Made by a program: the position numbers and the translations under genes
NCBI GenBank assembly: GCA_963804955.1
Contig: CAWDSQ010000007.1
Location: forward strand, 480,001 to 544,000
Origin: an uncultured delta proteobacterium
GTDB taxonomy: Bacteria > Desulfobacterota > WTBG01 > CAIYCZ01 > CAIRTM01
Direction: 5' to 3'
Length of the DNA: 64,000 bases
The notes under the pieces: generated by a model
The model's input: only the letters and a program-made list of their open reading frames with translations
Told to the model about the DNA's origin: nothing
Database searches by the model: none
In this document: in pieces, positions 20,755 through 30,190 of the stretch
Position numbering within the stretch: the stretch's first letter is position 1
Layout: each line of letters begins with the position of its first letter

Positions 20755-21844
20755 TTCTTGCGTGACCTCTTGGACTGATAATAATGCCGCGCCATGCTGC
20801 GGGCAAGCTCGGCCGGTGCGGGCACGATCACCGCCGGGCCGCCCGTAGAAGTGTATTTTGCCTCTGCCTTCAAGGGCCAGGCGCACATCCTCGACCATCT
20901 GGCCGGTGCTCATCTCGAAAACAAAAAAATCACTCATCTTTTTTACCGCATCCCGCAGGGCCTTGGTCGGAAACGGCCACAGGGTTATGGGCCGGATGAG
21001 CCCGATGCGCACATTTTCATCCTCCTTGCGCAGGCGGTTGATAGCGCCCTTGGCAATGCGGGCCGCCGTGCCGTAGGCGATGACCGCCATTTCGGCATCC
21101 TCCATCCGGTAGCTCTCCCAGCGCGTTTCGTTCTGCTCAATGCGCTGGTATTTGCGGTGCAGCTTCCAGTTGTGGTCCTCCATCTCCTTCACGTCAAGGA
21201 TAAGCGATTTCACAAGACGTGCGGGCCGGTCTTTAGCGCCGGTGAGGATATAGTCTTTTTCCGGAAGCGGCTTCATTCTTTTTGCGCACAGGGATGACGA
21301 CCGGCTCCATGAGCTGCCCCAGCATGCCGTCGCCTAAAATCAGCACCGGGTTGCGGTACTGATCCGCCATGTCGAAGGCCAGAAACGTGAGGTCGGCAAG
21401 CTCCTGCACCGAGGCCGGCGCCAGCACCGGCGTGCGGTAGTCGCCGTGACCTCCCCCGCGGGTTGCCTGAAAATAGTCCGACTGGGCCGGGGCGATATTG
21501 CCGAGTCCGGGCCCGCCGCGCATGATATTGACGATCACCGCCGGCAGCTCCATGCCCGCCATGAATGAAATGCCCTCCTGCTTGAGGCTGATGCCGGGGC
21601 TGCTGGATGAGGTCATGGCCCGGGCGCCTGCCACGCTTGCGCCGAGCACCATGTTAATGGACGCAAGCTCGCTTTCAGCCTGAATGAATACGCCGCCCAC
21701 CTCCGGCAGCCTTCGGGACATATACTCCGGCAGCTCGTTCTGGGGGGTTATGGGATAGCCGAAATAGCAGGTGCAGCCCGCCTGAATGGCGGCCTCGCCC
21801 GCGGCATGGGTTCCGTACATGAGCTGCTTAGTTTTCGTCGTCAC
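20751..21844 (-). CDS. 2-ketoisovalerate/2-oxoacid:ferredoxin oxidoreductase alpha-type subunit (frameshifts near 21280 and 20830)
   Basis: [44 protein letters not shown]. Confidence 0.9.
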
Positions 21845-22046
21845 GGTACACCTCGATAGCGGCCTCCGGGCACATCAGGGCGCAAATGCCGCAGCCGTTG
21901 CACACCTTATGTGTATCGGCCTGAGCCGGGAAATACCCCTTGGCATTGAGCTGCGACGACAGGGAGATATTCTTCTTCGGGCAGAAGCCGATGCAGAGCT
22001 GGCAGCCCTTGCACATACTGGTATCGATGACAATTTTGCCCTTCAT
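21828..22046 (-). CDS. 2x[4Fe-4S] ferredoxin (oxidoreductase delta subunit)
   Basis: [24 protein letters not shown]. Confidence 0.92.
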   Translation of the reverse strand: MKGKIVIDTSMCKGCQLCIGFCPKKNISLSSQLNAKGYFPAQADTHKVCNGCGICALMCPEAAIEVYRDDEN

Positions 22047-22248
22047 ACACTGCTGACCGTACTCATGGTTTAATGTTAAATCAAGTCTAGCCTCTGGCCC
22101 GCGGCTTTGTCAATTGTTTCCTGCCCGGTGCGGCCATACTGAAAAAAAGCGCAGGCCCGCATCCTGCGCGGATGCGGGCTTTCGGTCTCTACGTGCTTGT
22201 CATTATGCGATTGCTACGCCCTGGTGAGACACATGCCGGAAGGCAGCT

Positions 22249-22698
22249 CTAGGAGCCCAGCTTCTGCAGTTCTTCCTTCACAATGCGGCTGATAACTGAG
22301 CCGTCGGCCTGGCCGGCAAGCTTCTTGGTGAGCATGCCCATGACCCTGCCCATATCCTTGGGGGTTTTGGCGTCTACCTCGGCGATAGCGGCAAGAGCGA
22401 GTTCGCGCACCTGCTCTTCCGGCAGCTGCGCCGGCAGGTAGCTTTCTATTATTGTCACTTCAGCCAGTTCTTTTGCAGCAAGTTCGGGCCGGTTTCCGTT
22501 GGTGAACTGCTCAGCTGCGTCCCTGCACTTGCGAACCATTGTTTGCAGGATCTGCACGCACTGCTCATCGGTTGGCGGTATGCCCTTTTCTTTTTCCTTG
22601 CGCACAAATTCCGTCAGAATAAGACGCAGCGTTGAAAGCCGCGCCTCATCCTTTGCCTTCATGGCAGCTTTAATTTCCTGGCTGATTCTATCCTTCAC
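22249..22698 (-). CDS. GatB/YqeY domain protein
   Basis: AMKAKD, LSTLR, YLPAQL, DMGRVMG, ADG. Confidence 0.92.
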   Translation of the reverse strand: MKDRISQEIKAAMKAKDEARLSTLRLILTEFVRKEKEKGIPPTDEQCVQILQTMVRKCRDAAEQFTNGNRPELAAKELAEVTIIESYLPAQLPEEQVRELALAAIAEVDAKTPKDMGRVMGMLTKKLAGQADGSVISRIVKEELQKLGS

Positions 22699-22718
22699 TG
22701 CAGGCGCCTTTTAATTAA

Positions 22719-23066
22719 TTATTTGCTTTTTGCTTTTTTCGGGGTCTTTGGGCCCTTCTCGACAATCATGCGGGTTTTGCGCTTCAGCTTGGCTATCTTC
22801 TTGCGCAGCTCCGTATTCTTCTTGGCATCCTTTGCCTCCATGGCCTGAGCCTGCTCAGCCTTCAGCTGGCGAATGGTCTTTTTTAAATCCGTAACGGGAA
22901 CATGCTTTTTCGCCTCATGCGTCGGCTCGCCGCGGGCCTTAAGAATCTGCACAACCAGTTCTTCTTTTTTCATGGCATGGGCGCCCTGTATTTCGGGATA
23001 CTCGGCTGCGATAAGCTCGCGCAGTTTAATCGCGGTCAATTTTTCAAGCTCGGGTCTGCTGCTCAT
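22719..23066 (-). CDS. Basic protein with Rho N-terminal-like domain
   Basis: LEKLTAIKLRE...AMKKEELV; lysine-rich coiled coil. Confidence 0.7.
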   Translation of the reverse strand: MSSRPELEKLTAIKLRELIAAEYPEIQGAHAMKKEELVVQILKARGEPTHEAKKHVPVTDLKKTIRQLKAEQAQAMEAKDAKKNTELRKKIAKLKRKTRMIVEKGPKTPKKAKSK

Positions 23067-23160
23067 GTAACTCCTCCAAAATAGAATAGGAAAGTGCCTT
23101 TTGTTAAAATACGAATCGTACTTTTAACCTATTTGCTCAAAAAAGTCAAGGAAACACAAT

Positions 23161-24030
23161 TTATTCGCTCACCGGTATCTGCACATTCCAGAAGCTGTCC
23201 ATCCAGAATTTCTTAAACTGGTCCTTGAATATCTTCTTGCCGAGATTTATTGCCACATCATTTTTATATAATGCCGTGACCAGCTCCTTCATTTTCTGCT
23301 CATGCCGCACAGCATAGGCAGGCTCGGGAGCAAGGGCTGCAAGACTTTTGAGATACGCGGTTAACATAATTTTATAGGCCTCGCCTGCCGTCTGAAAGTA
23401 CTGTTTGCGGGCTGCCTCATCGCCTTTTGGCTCCTGCAGCTCAACACGGTAGGGGCTTTTATACGGATCAAGATATTTGGTGATCTTGCCGCGGCCCTGC
23501 TCGACCGTGCGCTGATATTTTTCCACCATTGCCAGGGCTTTCTTCACATTCTCAAGCTCGCTGCCGAAAAATTTCTCATAATTGATATTTTCAGGATCAA
23601 CATTGAAAATATCCATCGAGCAGAGGCCCGGCACGCCGACAGAGGGTTTCATGAAATCGATATGAAATATGGGGGCCTTAAAACTATAGCTGGGCCGGAT
23701 ATTGAAGGTGAAATCCCGGAAATAGCCCGAGCCGGGCGGCACTTCAAACTGGCTGATGCTTGCCGCCCCAATCCGGTCGGTTTCAAAGGATTTCAGGGGC
23801 AGCGCGATCACATCGCTGCCGAAAATTTTTGAATACGGAAATGAAAGCTGCAGGGTCATGGTTTCAACAGGCCGGGCCTTGGCTACTAAAAAGCGCTCGA
23901 GGGTAAATTTTTTCAGATCATTGTACACGCCGAAGTCCTCATACTTGGGAGGTGTGAAGGTTGCGACAAAAATACCCACCACGACAATAAGTAGTACGAC
24001 AATGAGACCGATAGCTTTTAAAATTTTCAT
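23161..24030 (-). CDS. Membrane-anchored ferredoxin-dependent bilin reductase (FDBR/RCCR)-like protein
   Basis: N-terminal TM segment; IRPSYSFKAPIFHIDFM, SMDIF, YKSPY, LTAYL and NDVAINLGKKIF follow the order and pattern of PebA/PcyA/HY2 blocks. Confidence 0.6.
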   Translation of the reverse strand: MKILKAIGLIVVLLIVVVGIFVATFTPPKYEDFGVYNDLKKFTLERFLVAKARPVETMTLQLSFPYSKIFGSDVIALPLKSFETDRIGAASISQFEVPPGSGYFRDFTFNIRPSYSFKAPIFHIDFMKPSVGVPGLCSMDIFNVDPENINYEKFFGSELENVKKALAMVEKYQRTVEQGRGKITKYLDPYKSPYRVELQEPKGDEAARKQYFQTAGEAYKIMLTAYLKSLAALAPEPAYAVRHEQKMKELVTALYKNDVAINLGKKIFKDQFKKFWMDSFWNVQIPVSE

Positions 24031-24104
24031 ATATTCTCCCTTTCCCATAAATCAGTTACGGTTTTGGCAGACATTTTCTGCTGTGTTAAATTGATTCTAT
24101 ATCA

Positions 24105-26003
24105 TCAATGCCAGGCTTCGGCAACCTTTGCGTTAAGGGGAACGCCATGTGCGTCCCAGCCGCGCAGGCGGTAGTAGTCGTCAAGCATGCTCTCCCATTT
24201 CTGCCAGTCGATTGTTTCGCCCTTATACGGCCCGCTGGGCAGGGGCCCGTCAATCCACTTGCCCACAAGTCGGTCGTCCTTTCGGGTAATACCCTCGCGG
24301 CAAAGAAAGGCGCGCTCCAGCGTATAGACGCGCTCTGCGCAGACTCTCAGTTTTTCTTCGTCCATCTCAATGCCAAAGGCCAGGCTGAAAAGTCTGCACA
24401 GGTCCCCCATGGGGCAGTCCTTTTCGCTGCCCCGTACGGCAAAAAGGCACACTTCAAAAAGATCAAGTGCAAGTGACTGGTTCTGGAAATACACAGCTCC
24501 TGCCGCCTTGTTGTAGGACAGCGGGTCAAGAATATCTGTCGTGCCGAAGCGTTCAAGGGCCTTCTCCGGCGTCATGGGCTTGAACCACACAAACTCGGGC
24601 GGCACCACGCAGCGCAGGTGGTCGGCCCCGCGGGTTGAGGTTGCCATGCCAAGGGCGCTGCCCTTGATCATGCGCGGCTCAATGCCTGCCATGACCATGC
24701 CTTTGCTGTGGCTCACATATTTTTCAGCCTCCGGCCCGAAATGCTTAGCCGCGCGCACAATGCCCTCGGCAAGCACATTGCCCACGCCCTCGCGCCGGGC
24801 GATCTTCTCCATAAGGGCCATCATGCCGGGAACACTACCCCAGGTAAGCTCTATGCCGTCAAGGTCTGCGGCAGTCACCACGCCGTGCTCATACCAGTCC
24901 ATCACCACAGCCAGGGCCTGCCCCAGCTCTATCATGTCTATACCGAGTCCGTTTGCCATATTGTTCATTTTAAATATTGAGTCGATATCGGCATTGCCGC
25001 AGACCGGCCCCATGGGTGTGAAAGCTCCCTCCTCGATTTTTTTGCCATGCTCGCCGGCATATGGCCCGTCTTTCACTTTATACGTATGGCCGCAGCCGAT
25101 GGGGCAGCCATAGCAGGGTGTGCTGCCCTCATAGAAACGGGCGGCCACAGACTGGGCTGAGAAATTCTCCACTCCTTCGAAATCGCCGGCCTGATTGAAA
25201 TTGCGTATGGCCATAATGTGAAACTTATTTGTTGGCGCAACGCCGCCGATGCCGGCAAACTTGCGGAAGCCGTCATATACTTTTGAATCCTTGATGCGCT
25301 TCTGCATCGCCATGGCAAATTCTTTAAACCCTGCCGCATTATGCAGCGGCACTGTACCCGTGCCGATAACGGCAACGGCCTTGAGATTTTTCGAGCCCAT
25401 CACCGCCCCCAGGCCGGTGCGCGAGGCAGAGCGGTCTTCATGGGTAATGCTGGCAATTTTTACAAGATTTTCGCCCGCAGGCCCGATTGAGGCAATGCGC
25501 ACACGCCGGTCGCCAAGCTCTGCCGTAATCAGCGCTTCTGTTTCCCGCGTGGTTTTACCCCAGAGACGCGCCGCGCCGCGGATTTCAATTTTTCCGTCAT
25601 TAATAAATATGTAGACGGGCTTATCCGATCGGCCATGCACCACCAGATGATCAACCCCTGCGCGCCGCAGCGCCGGGCCGAACCTGCCGCCCGCATTGGC
25701 GTCACCAAGAAGCCCTGTGAGCGGCGATTTGCCCGTAACGGTGAACCTCGCAGCGCAGGGCGCTGCCGTGCCGGAAAGCGCTCCTGCTGCAAAGATGACC
25801 ACATTCTCCGGCCCCAGTGGGTCAGCGCCCTTTGGCACAAGATCATACAACAGCCGCGCGCTTATACCCCGGCCGCCGATATACAGCCGCCGCATCTCTT
25901 GCGTGATGCTTTCGCGCCGGACCTTCCCTGTCGTCAGATCAACATGGACAATCGTGCCAAATTTTTCCATGGATGTGCCTTTAAAATTCATGTATCCATC
26001 CAC
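24105..26003 (-). CDS. aor: Tungsten aldehyde:ferredoxin oxidoreductase family protein
   Basis: GGRG, KSPLTG, IGPAGE, GAVMGSKNLKA, CYGCPIGC, RGADH, YYRLRGWD. Confidence 0.9.
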   Translation of the reverse strand: MDGYMNFKGTSMEKFGTIVHVDLTTGKVRRESITQEMRRLYIGGRGISARLLYDLVPKGADPLGPENVVIFAAGALSGTAAPCAARFTVTGKSPLTGLLGDANAGGRFGPALRRAGVDHLVVHGRSDKPVYIFINDGKIEIRGAARLWGKTTRETEALITAELGDRRVRIASIGPAGENLVKIASITHEDRSASRTGLGAVMGSKNLKAVAVIGTGTVPLHNAAGFKEFAMAMQKRIKDSKVYDGFRKFAGIGGVAPTNKFHIMAIRNFNQAGDFEGVENFSAQSVAARFYEGSTPCYGCPIGCGHTYKVKDGPYAGEHGKKIEEGAFTPMGPVCGNADIDSIFKMNNMANGLGIDMIELGQALAVVMDWYEHGVVTAADLDGIELTWGSVPGMMALMEKIARREGVGNVLAEGIVRAAKHFGPEAEKYVSHSKGMVMAGIEPRMIKGSALGMATSTRGADHLRCVVPPEFVWFKPMTPEKALERFGTTDILDPLSYNKAAGAVYFQNQSLALDLFEVCLFAVRGSEKDCPMGDLCRLFSLAFGIEMDEEKLRVCAERVYTLERAFLCREGITRKDDRLVGKWIDGPLPSGPYKGETIDWQKWESMLDDYYRLRGWDAHGVPLNAKVAEAWH

Positions 26004-26641
26004 CGCACCACTTCCTCAACGGGCAGGCGCTCGCGCGGGATTTTGTTGATCGGCGAATCGGGATCGGGGTAGCCCACAGCGATGCCGTCAACCAGGATCA
26101 GCTCATCCTCAAGCGCAAGCTCCCGCTTGATATGCTCCTGGCAGATGGAAACCGCATTCATCCAGCAGGTGCCAAGGCCCCGGCTCCAGGCGGCAAGCAT
26201 AAAATTCTGCATGGCTGCAACGGTTGATTTTAAATAGTTCTGGTCCTTGCAGGGATAGACGCCAAAGATGATGCCCACCGGCGCGCCGTGAAAGGTAAAG
26301 TTGCCGTCGGCACCTGACTGCATATTGTAATCATGCTCCTTGAGAAATGCAAGCATGCGGGAAAAATTCTCCTGCTTGCGCTTTGCAAGCATTTCCTGCG
26401 TTGCCGCGCTGATGGGCACCTGCTGCGGGCCGGGCACGGGTTTAAAATTTTCCTTGATGGCGTGGCAGACCGCCTGCAGCGGCTTGCCCGTAAGCACGAT
26501 AAACTGCCAGGGTTGCTGGCTTGTGGGGTTGGGCGCCCATGAGGCTGCTTCAAGGCATTCCAGAATCAGCTCCCGCGGCGGCATTTCGGTTTTGAACGCC
26601 CGAATACTGCGCCGCTGTTTTATAAGGTCGATCATGTTCAT
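25988..26641 (-). CDS. Nitroreductase family protein
   Basis: RRSIRAF, WAP..SQQPW, QNFMLAA..GLGTC, VGYP. Confidence 0.92.
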   Translation of the reverse strand: MNMIDLIKQRRSIRAFKTEMPPRELILECLEAASWAPNPTSQQPWQFIVLTGKPLQAVCHAIKENFKPVPGPQQVPISAATQEMLAKRKQENFSRMLAFLKEHDYNMQSGADGNFTFHGAPVGIIFGVYPCKDQNYLKSTVAAMQNFMLAAWSRGLGTCWMNAVSICQEHIKRELALEDELILVDGIAVGYPDPDSPINKIPRERLPVEEVVRWMDT

Positions 26642-26699
26642 GGGTATTCCTCACGCGTGATGTACTACTGTTGATTTTTTTATATGAAGTGTATTTATC

Positions 26700-26727
26700 G
26701 TAGGGGCGGTTCGCGAACCGCCCCTGC
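26700..26727. repeat. GTAG-type REP palindrome
   Basis: GTAGGGGCGGTTCGCGAACCGCCCCTGC. Confidence 0.85.
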
Positions 26728-26774
26728 ATTATGATTTATTTATTTTCCCGGCTGTGCCCTACAAACCCCCCAAC

Positions 26775-27197
26775 TCAATGCATCACGACCGGCTGGGCCG
26801 GTTTTCTTTCGCGAATGAAAAACTCATGCACGATCTGGGGCTGTTCTTCGTCAAAGAAGAAAAGCTCGAATTTTGCCCGGCCCTCCTGCGGGATTTTTGC
26901 CGGGGCCAGGGCCACGATGATGGTATGGTGCGAGCCCTGCGGCGGGCCGGGGGCAGCCTGTATGGGCAGCACCACAGGCTCGCTGCCCGGCATGCTCACT
27001 TTGGCTTTTGCCGAAGTGAAGGACTGCGAGATCTGATCGAGCATCACCACAAAGCACAAATGCGGCATCAGCGCCGGAACTTTGCCCACCCACAGCTCGG
27101 GGCCGTACACGCCCATGAATGAGAGTTTGTTGCCGACCTCATTTCGCACATCGTCGCAGAGAATGACATGATATTTTTTTGCTATGTCCATGAGCAT
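26775..27197 (-). CDS. Hypothetical protein (DUF6941-like)
   Basis: ILCDDVRNEVGNKLSFMGVY. Confidence 0.65.
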   Translation of the reverse strand: MLMDIAKKYHVILCDDVRNEVGNKLSFMGVYGPELWVGKVPALMPHLCFVVMLDQISQSFTSAKAKVSMPGSEPVVLPIQAAPGPPQGSHHTIIVALAPAKIPQEGRAKFELFFFDEEQPQIVHEFFIRERKPAQPVVMH

Positions 27198-27299
27198 GCT
27201 CCATCTATTTCTAAATTACTGTTTAACAAAATGTAGTTTTAAATTTGTTGGGTTCGCCCTTGGGGGCGTGCTTTTTTATAAACATCGGTATTTTCGCAG

Positions 27300-27348
27300 G
27301 TTGGGTTGAGGTACGAAATCCAACATTCTTTTCCGGGCTTAACCCAAC
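27300..27348. repeat. REP-like dispersed repeat, second copy at 49062-49111
   Basis: GGGTTGAGGTACGAAA(T/C)CCA..TTCCGGGCTTAACCCA in both copies. Confidence 0.75.
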
Positions 27349-27371
27349 AAAAAAAACTTTTCAGCCATTCA

Positions 27372-28034
27372 TCATGCTTGCCCCAGGGCCTGCTTCGGGC
27401 AGACGCTGCAGCACTGGCAGCATCGCAGGCAGTCGTGATCAGGCAGGCTGCCCGTGTCTTTATGTTTTGTAATCGCAAGATTCATGGGGCAGGCTTTTTC
27501 GCAGGCCCCGCATTCGATGCATTTTTCAGCATCGATTATAATACGGTGTTGGCCCCGGTCAAGGGCGCTCTGCATAGTGCCCATGGGACAGAACGTGCAC
27601 CAGGCCCGCGGGTGAATAAAAACAGCAAGAACCACGCCGACGGCTGTAGTCACCGTGCACAGAAGCCAGAACACGCGGCCCCAGTGGTCGAAGTCCGTGG
27701 GGTTGAGCATAATCCGGTAGACCATGAAGGCCATGAGCGCGGCAAAGACCGGCCAGCGGAACCAGCCGCTTCTCATCCATGCGGGTATAGGCCGCTTAAA
27801 ACTCATGCGGGGCATGATGCGATCAAAGAAAGCTCCCCGCGGGCAGAGATAGCCGCATACATACCGGCCACGCACAAAGCCGCCAGCCATGCCCATGAGC
27901 ATAACCACGGGCACGCTGTAGCCGAGCCAGGGATAGTGCCAGCCGAAGGCAATGACGATTACGACGATGGGCCACAGACTCAGCTGCACGGTCTTGCGCA
28001 GGGCTGTGTGTTTTTTATAATCTGCAGACGGCAT
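27372..28034 (-). CDS. Membrane 4Fe-4S binding protein (NapH/MauN-like)
   Basis: CGYLCP and CTFCP motifs plus two CxxCxxCxxxCP; TM helices. Confidence 0.85.
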   Translation of the reverse strand: MPSADYKKHTALRKTVQLSLWPIVVIVIAFGWHYPWLGYSVPVVMLMGMAGGFVRGRYVCGYLCPRGAFFDRIMPRMSFKRPIPAWMRSGWFRWPVFAALMAFMVYRIMLNPTDFDHWGRVFWLLCTVTTAVGVVLAVFIHPRAWCTFCPMGTMQSALDRGQHRIIIDAEKCIECGACEKACPMNLAITKHKDTGSLPDHDCLRCCQCCSVCPKQALGQA

Positions 28035-28128
28035 AGCTGCTCACGAATAGATTCGGCTTAAGTAGTACAGTAATGGCAGACTTCCGCCATGTCAAGGAGA
28101 GGATTTTGACAACAGGGTGATCGGGGAT

Positions 28129-28159
28129 AAAAAAGGCCGGCAGCGATTGCTGCCGGCCC
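28129..28159 (-). terminator. Intrinsic terminator of the cytochrome gene
   Basis: GGCCGGCAGC-AATC-GCTGCCGGCC followed by a T run on the minus strand. Confidence 0.75.
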
Positions 28160-28180
28160 AGTGCTGAACCGTAAAAATTT

Positions 28181-29755
28181 TTACCGTGGCTGCTGCAGTG
28201 CCCGCAGTTCCGATTTTTTGTAGCCCAAAAATTTCCAGAATTTGCTATCGCTGCTATGGCAGCTATTGCAGCCCTGCTGGTCATAGCCCAGGGCATTGGC
28301 GCCCGTCTGAATGCCATGATCAACTTTCAGCGCGCAGTTCATGGGGAAGGTGAATACGACGCCCATGGCGCGGCGAAGGGCGAAATTATAATTTTCTTTA
28401 TTGCCCCGCAGCCAGCTTGTGGCTTCCATGCCCTCATTGGCGGCTGTTACCAGGTCGCCGTCGACAAGGAAATATTTCAGCACATAGGGCACCGGCTGCA
28501 GCACGAACAAGATCAAACCACAGCAGCGCTTCATAGCGCTTGAACGGTGCAATCTTCGAGCCGTCGCCCTCTGCATAGCCTTTCTTGCTGCCCTTGGGCC
28601 CGATGGGGCATGGGCCTTCCAGATCGCCTTCCCAGCCGCCGGATGTACCGTTAAACCACCGGTACTCAGGCTCAACGCCGTATTTCACGACGTCTTTGAA
28701 TTCATAAAACGCCCCGTCCTCTCGGCAGATAGGGCCGCCGCAAATCCCGCTGCATAAGCCCGCCGGTATGCCGGATATGGCAGGTCTGGCAGGCAAGATA
28801 GTGCTGTGTGCATGTCAAGGGAGGCCTTGTTGGCATTGGCCGATGCGGTGTGCGGGGTAGAGCCGTGGCAGTCGGAGCAGTCCAGCGTGTCGGGCACCAC
28901 GTCGCGGCCCCAGGACACATTGTGCTTGCCGTATTTAAATTTATGATCGCCTGCATAGTGGCACTCGGCGCAGCGAATTCCTGCTGCGGCATGCACGTCG
29001 CCATCGATGGTAGCGGTTTCCTGAACGCCCTGGCCATTATCGTAGGTCAGTTCATAGGGCTCGGCAACATAGTCGGTGCCGTATTTGAAAGCCTTCGACA
29101 TAGTGCCGTCGGGTGCAAACACCTTGCCGCCGGAATTCACATGGCAACGGTTGCAGGCTTGCGATGTTACATTGTCGCCGACCGACTGCGCGTCCTCAAG
29201 CGAGGCATGGCTCCAGTAGGTGCGGCTCTGATTATCGCTGAGCACAACGCGCTGCCCGCCTTCGCCGCCGCCGTCATAGGTTTTGCCGTGGCACAGCACG
29301 CAGTCGATCTGGTCTTTGGCCGCTTCGGTGGCCTCGATGGGCTCACCGTCTATGGTTACCGGCATGGCATCGGCTCCTGCCGAAATATGGCAGCTGCCGC
29401 AGCCGGCATTTTTGGTATGTGTATCATCAATGGTGCTGGTCCAGACTTCAGCCCAATTGGCCCCGACGAGGCCACCGGGAAGTCCTCAATACCGGTTGCC
29501 TTTCCCTTTTTCGACATCCGCCGGATACGGTTTATTGGTCAAAAAATCATACACCCCCTGCGTCGGGCCAAGCATGCGATAGTGCAGCACATGGCTCACA
29601 TCATCAACCTCGTCCGGATGGCACACACGGCAGGTTTTCGAGCCTTCATACGAGGTTATCATGCCGGTATGGTCCGTGGCGGCAAAGCCCTGCGAGCTGA
29701 GCATCAGCAGTCCAAGCCCTGCACCCCAAAAGGCAAAGAACCTTTTCTTTTTCAT
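28181..29755 (-). CDS. Exported octaheme cytochrome c, tetrathionate-reductase(OTR)-like; split by several frameshifts
   Basis: Signal peptide; eight CxxCH motifs (CRVCH, CGSCH, CVLCH, CNRCH, CAECH, CSDCH, CQTCH, CNSCH); DVH, LACQTCHI, PEYRWFNG, SKIAPFK. Confidence 0.8.
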
Positions 29756-29887
29756 ACGTACTCCTTCTCCTCATTGATGATGTTTATATTTCCTTTTTAT
29801 TTATATACTGAAATAAAAAAAAAGCAAGCTGCTGCAGTCAATATAAATCCGGATGATTTAGGGGGTTAAGGCGCTGCACAGAAGCAA

Positions 29888-29925
29888 TAAAAAAACACCG
29901 GGCAATTGTGCCTGGTGCTTTTTTT
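29888..29925. terminator. Terminator downstream of tRNA-Ala
   Basis: AAAAAAACACCGGGCA..TGCCTGGTGCTTTTTTT. Confidence 0.7.
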
Positions 29926-29932
29926 ATATTCC

Positions 29933-30008
29933 TGGTGGAGCTGAACGGGATCGAACCGTCGGCCTCTTGAATGCCATTCAAGCGCTCTCCCAGCTGAGCT
30001 ACAGCCCC
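29933..30008 (-). tRNA. tRNA-Ala (GGC)
   Basis: GGGGCTGTAGCTCAGCTGGGAGAGCGCTTGAATGGCATTCAAGAGGCCGACGGTTCGATCCCGTTCAGCTCCACCA; 76 nt, encoded CCA. Confidence 0.97.
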
Positions 30009-30190
30009 ACGGAGGTCATTTTTAAAAAATTACTATACCAGAATACGCGGCATTGTCAAAAAGAAAATAGGATGTATGCGCCCGGACGCCGGATGCCTGC
30101 GCATATAATGATTTGATAAAGGCACAAAAAAAAGTTAAGCTGTTTTATAAGATTAATGCTTGCTGCCTGTACGGAACAGGAGGTCCTGGT

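Noticed and set aside
19462..21276. Apparent 604-aa alpha-beta-gamma oxidoreductase fusion
   Set aside because: The linkers are out-of-frame readings; the true C-termini and overlapping stop/start codons (20751-20754, 20010-20016) exist in other frames
16485..29755. Selenocysteine or stop-codon readthrough in the split genes
   Set aside because: The breaks are frame changes, not in-frame TGA or TAG at catalytic positions
29933..30008. tRNA-Ala as integration site of an island
   Set aside because: No integrase and I found no duplicated tRNA 3' end in the window
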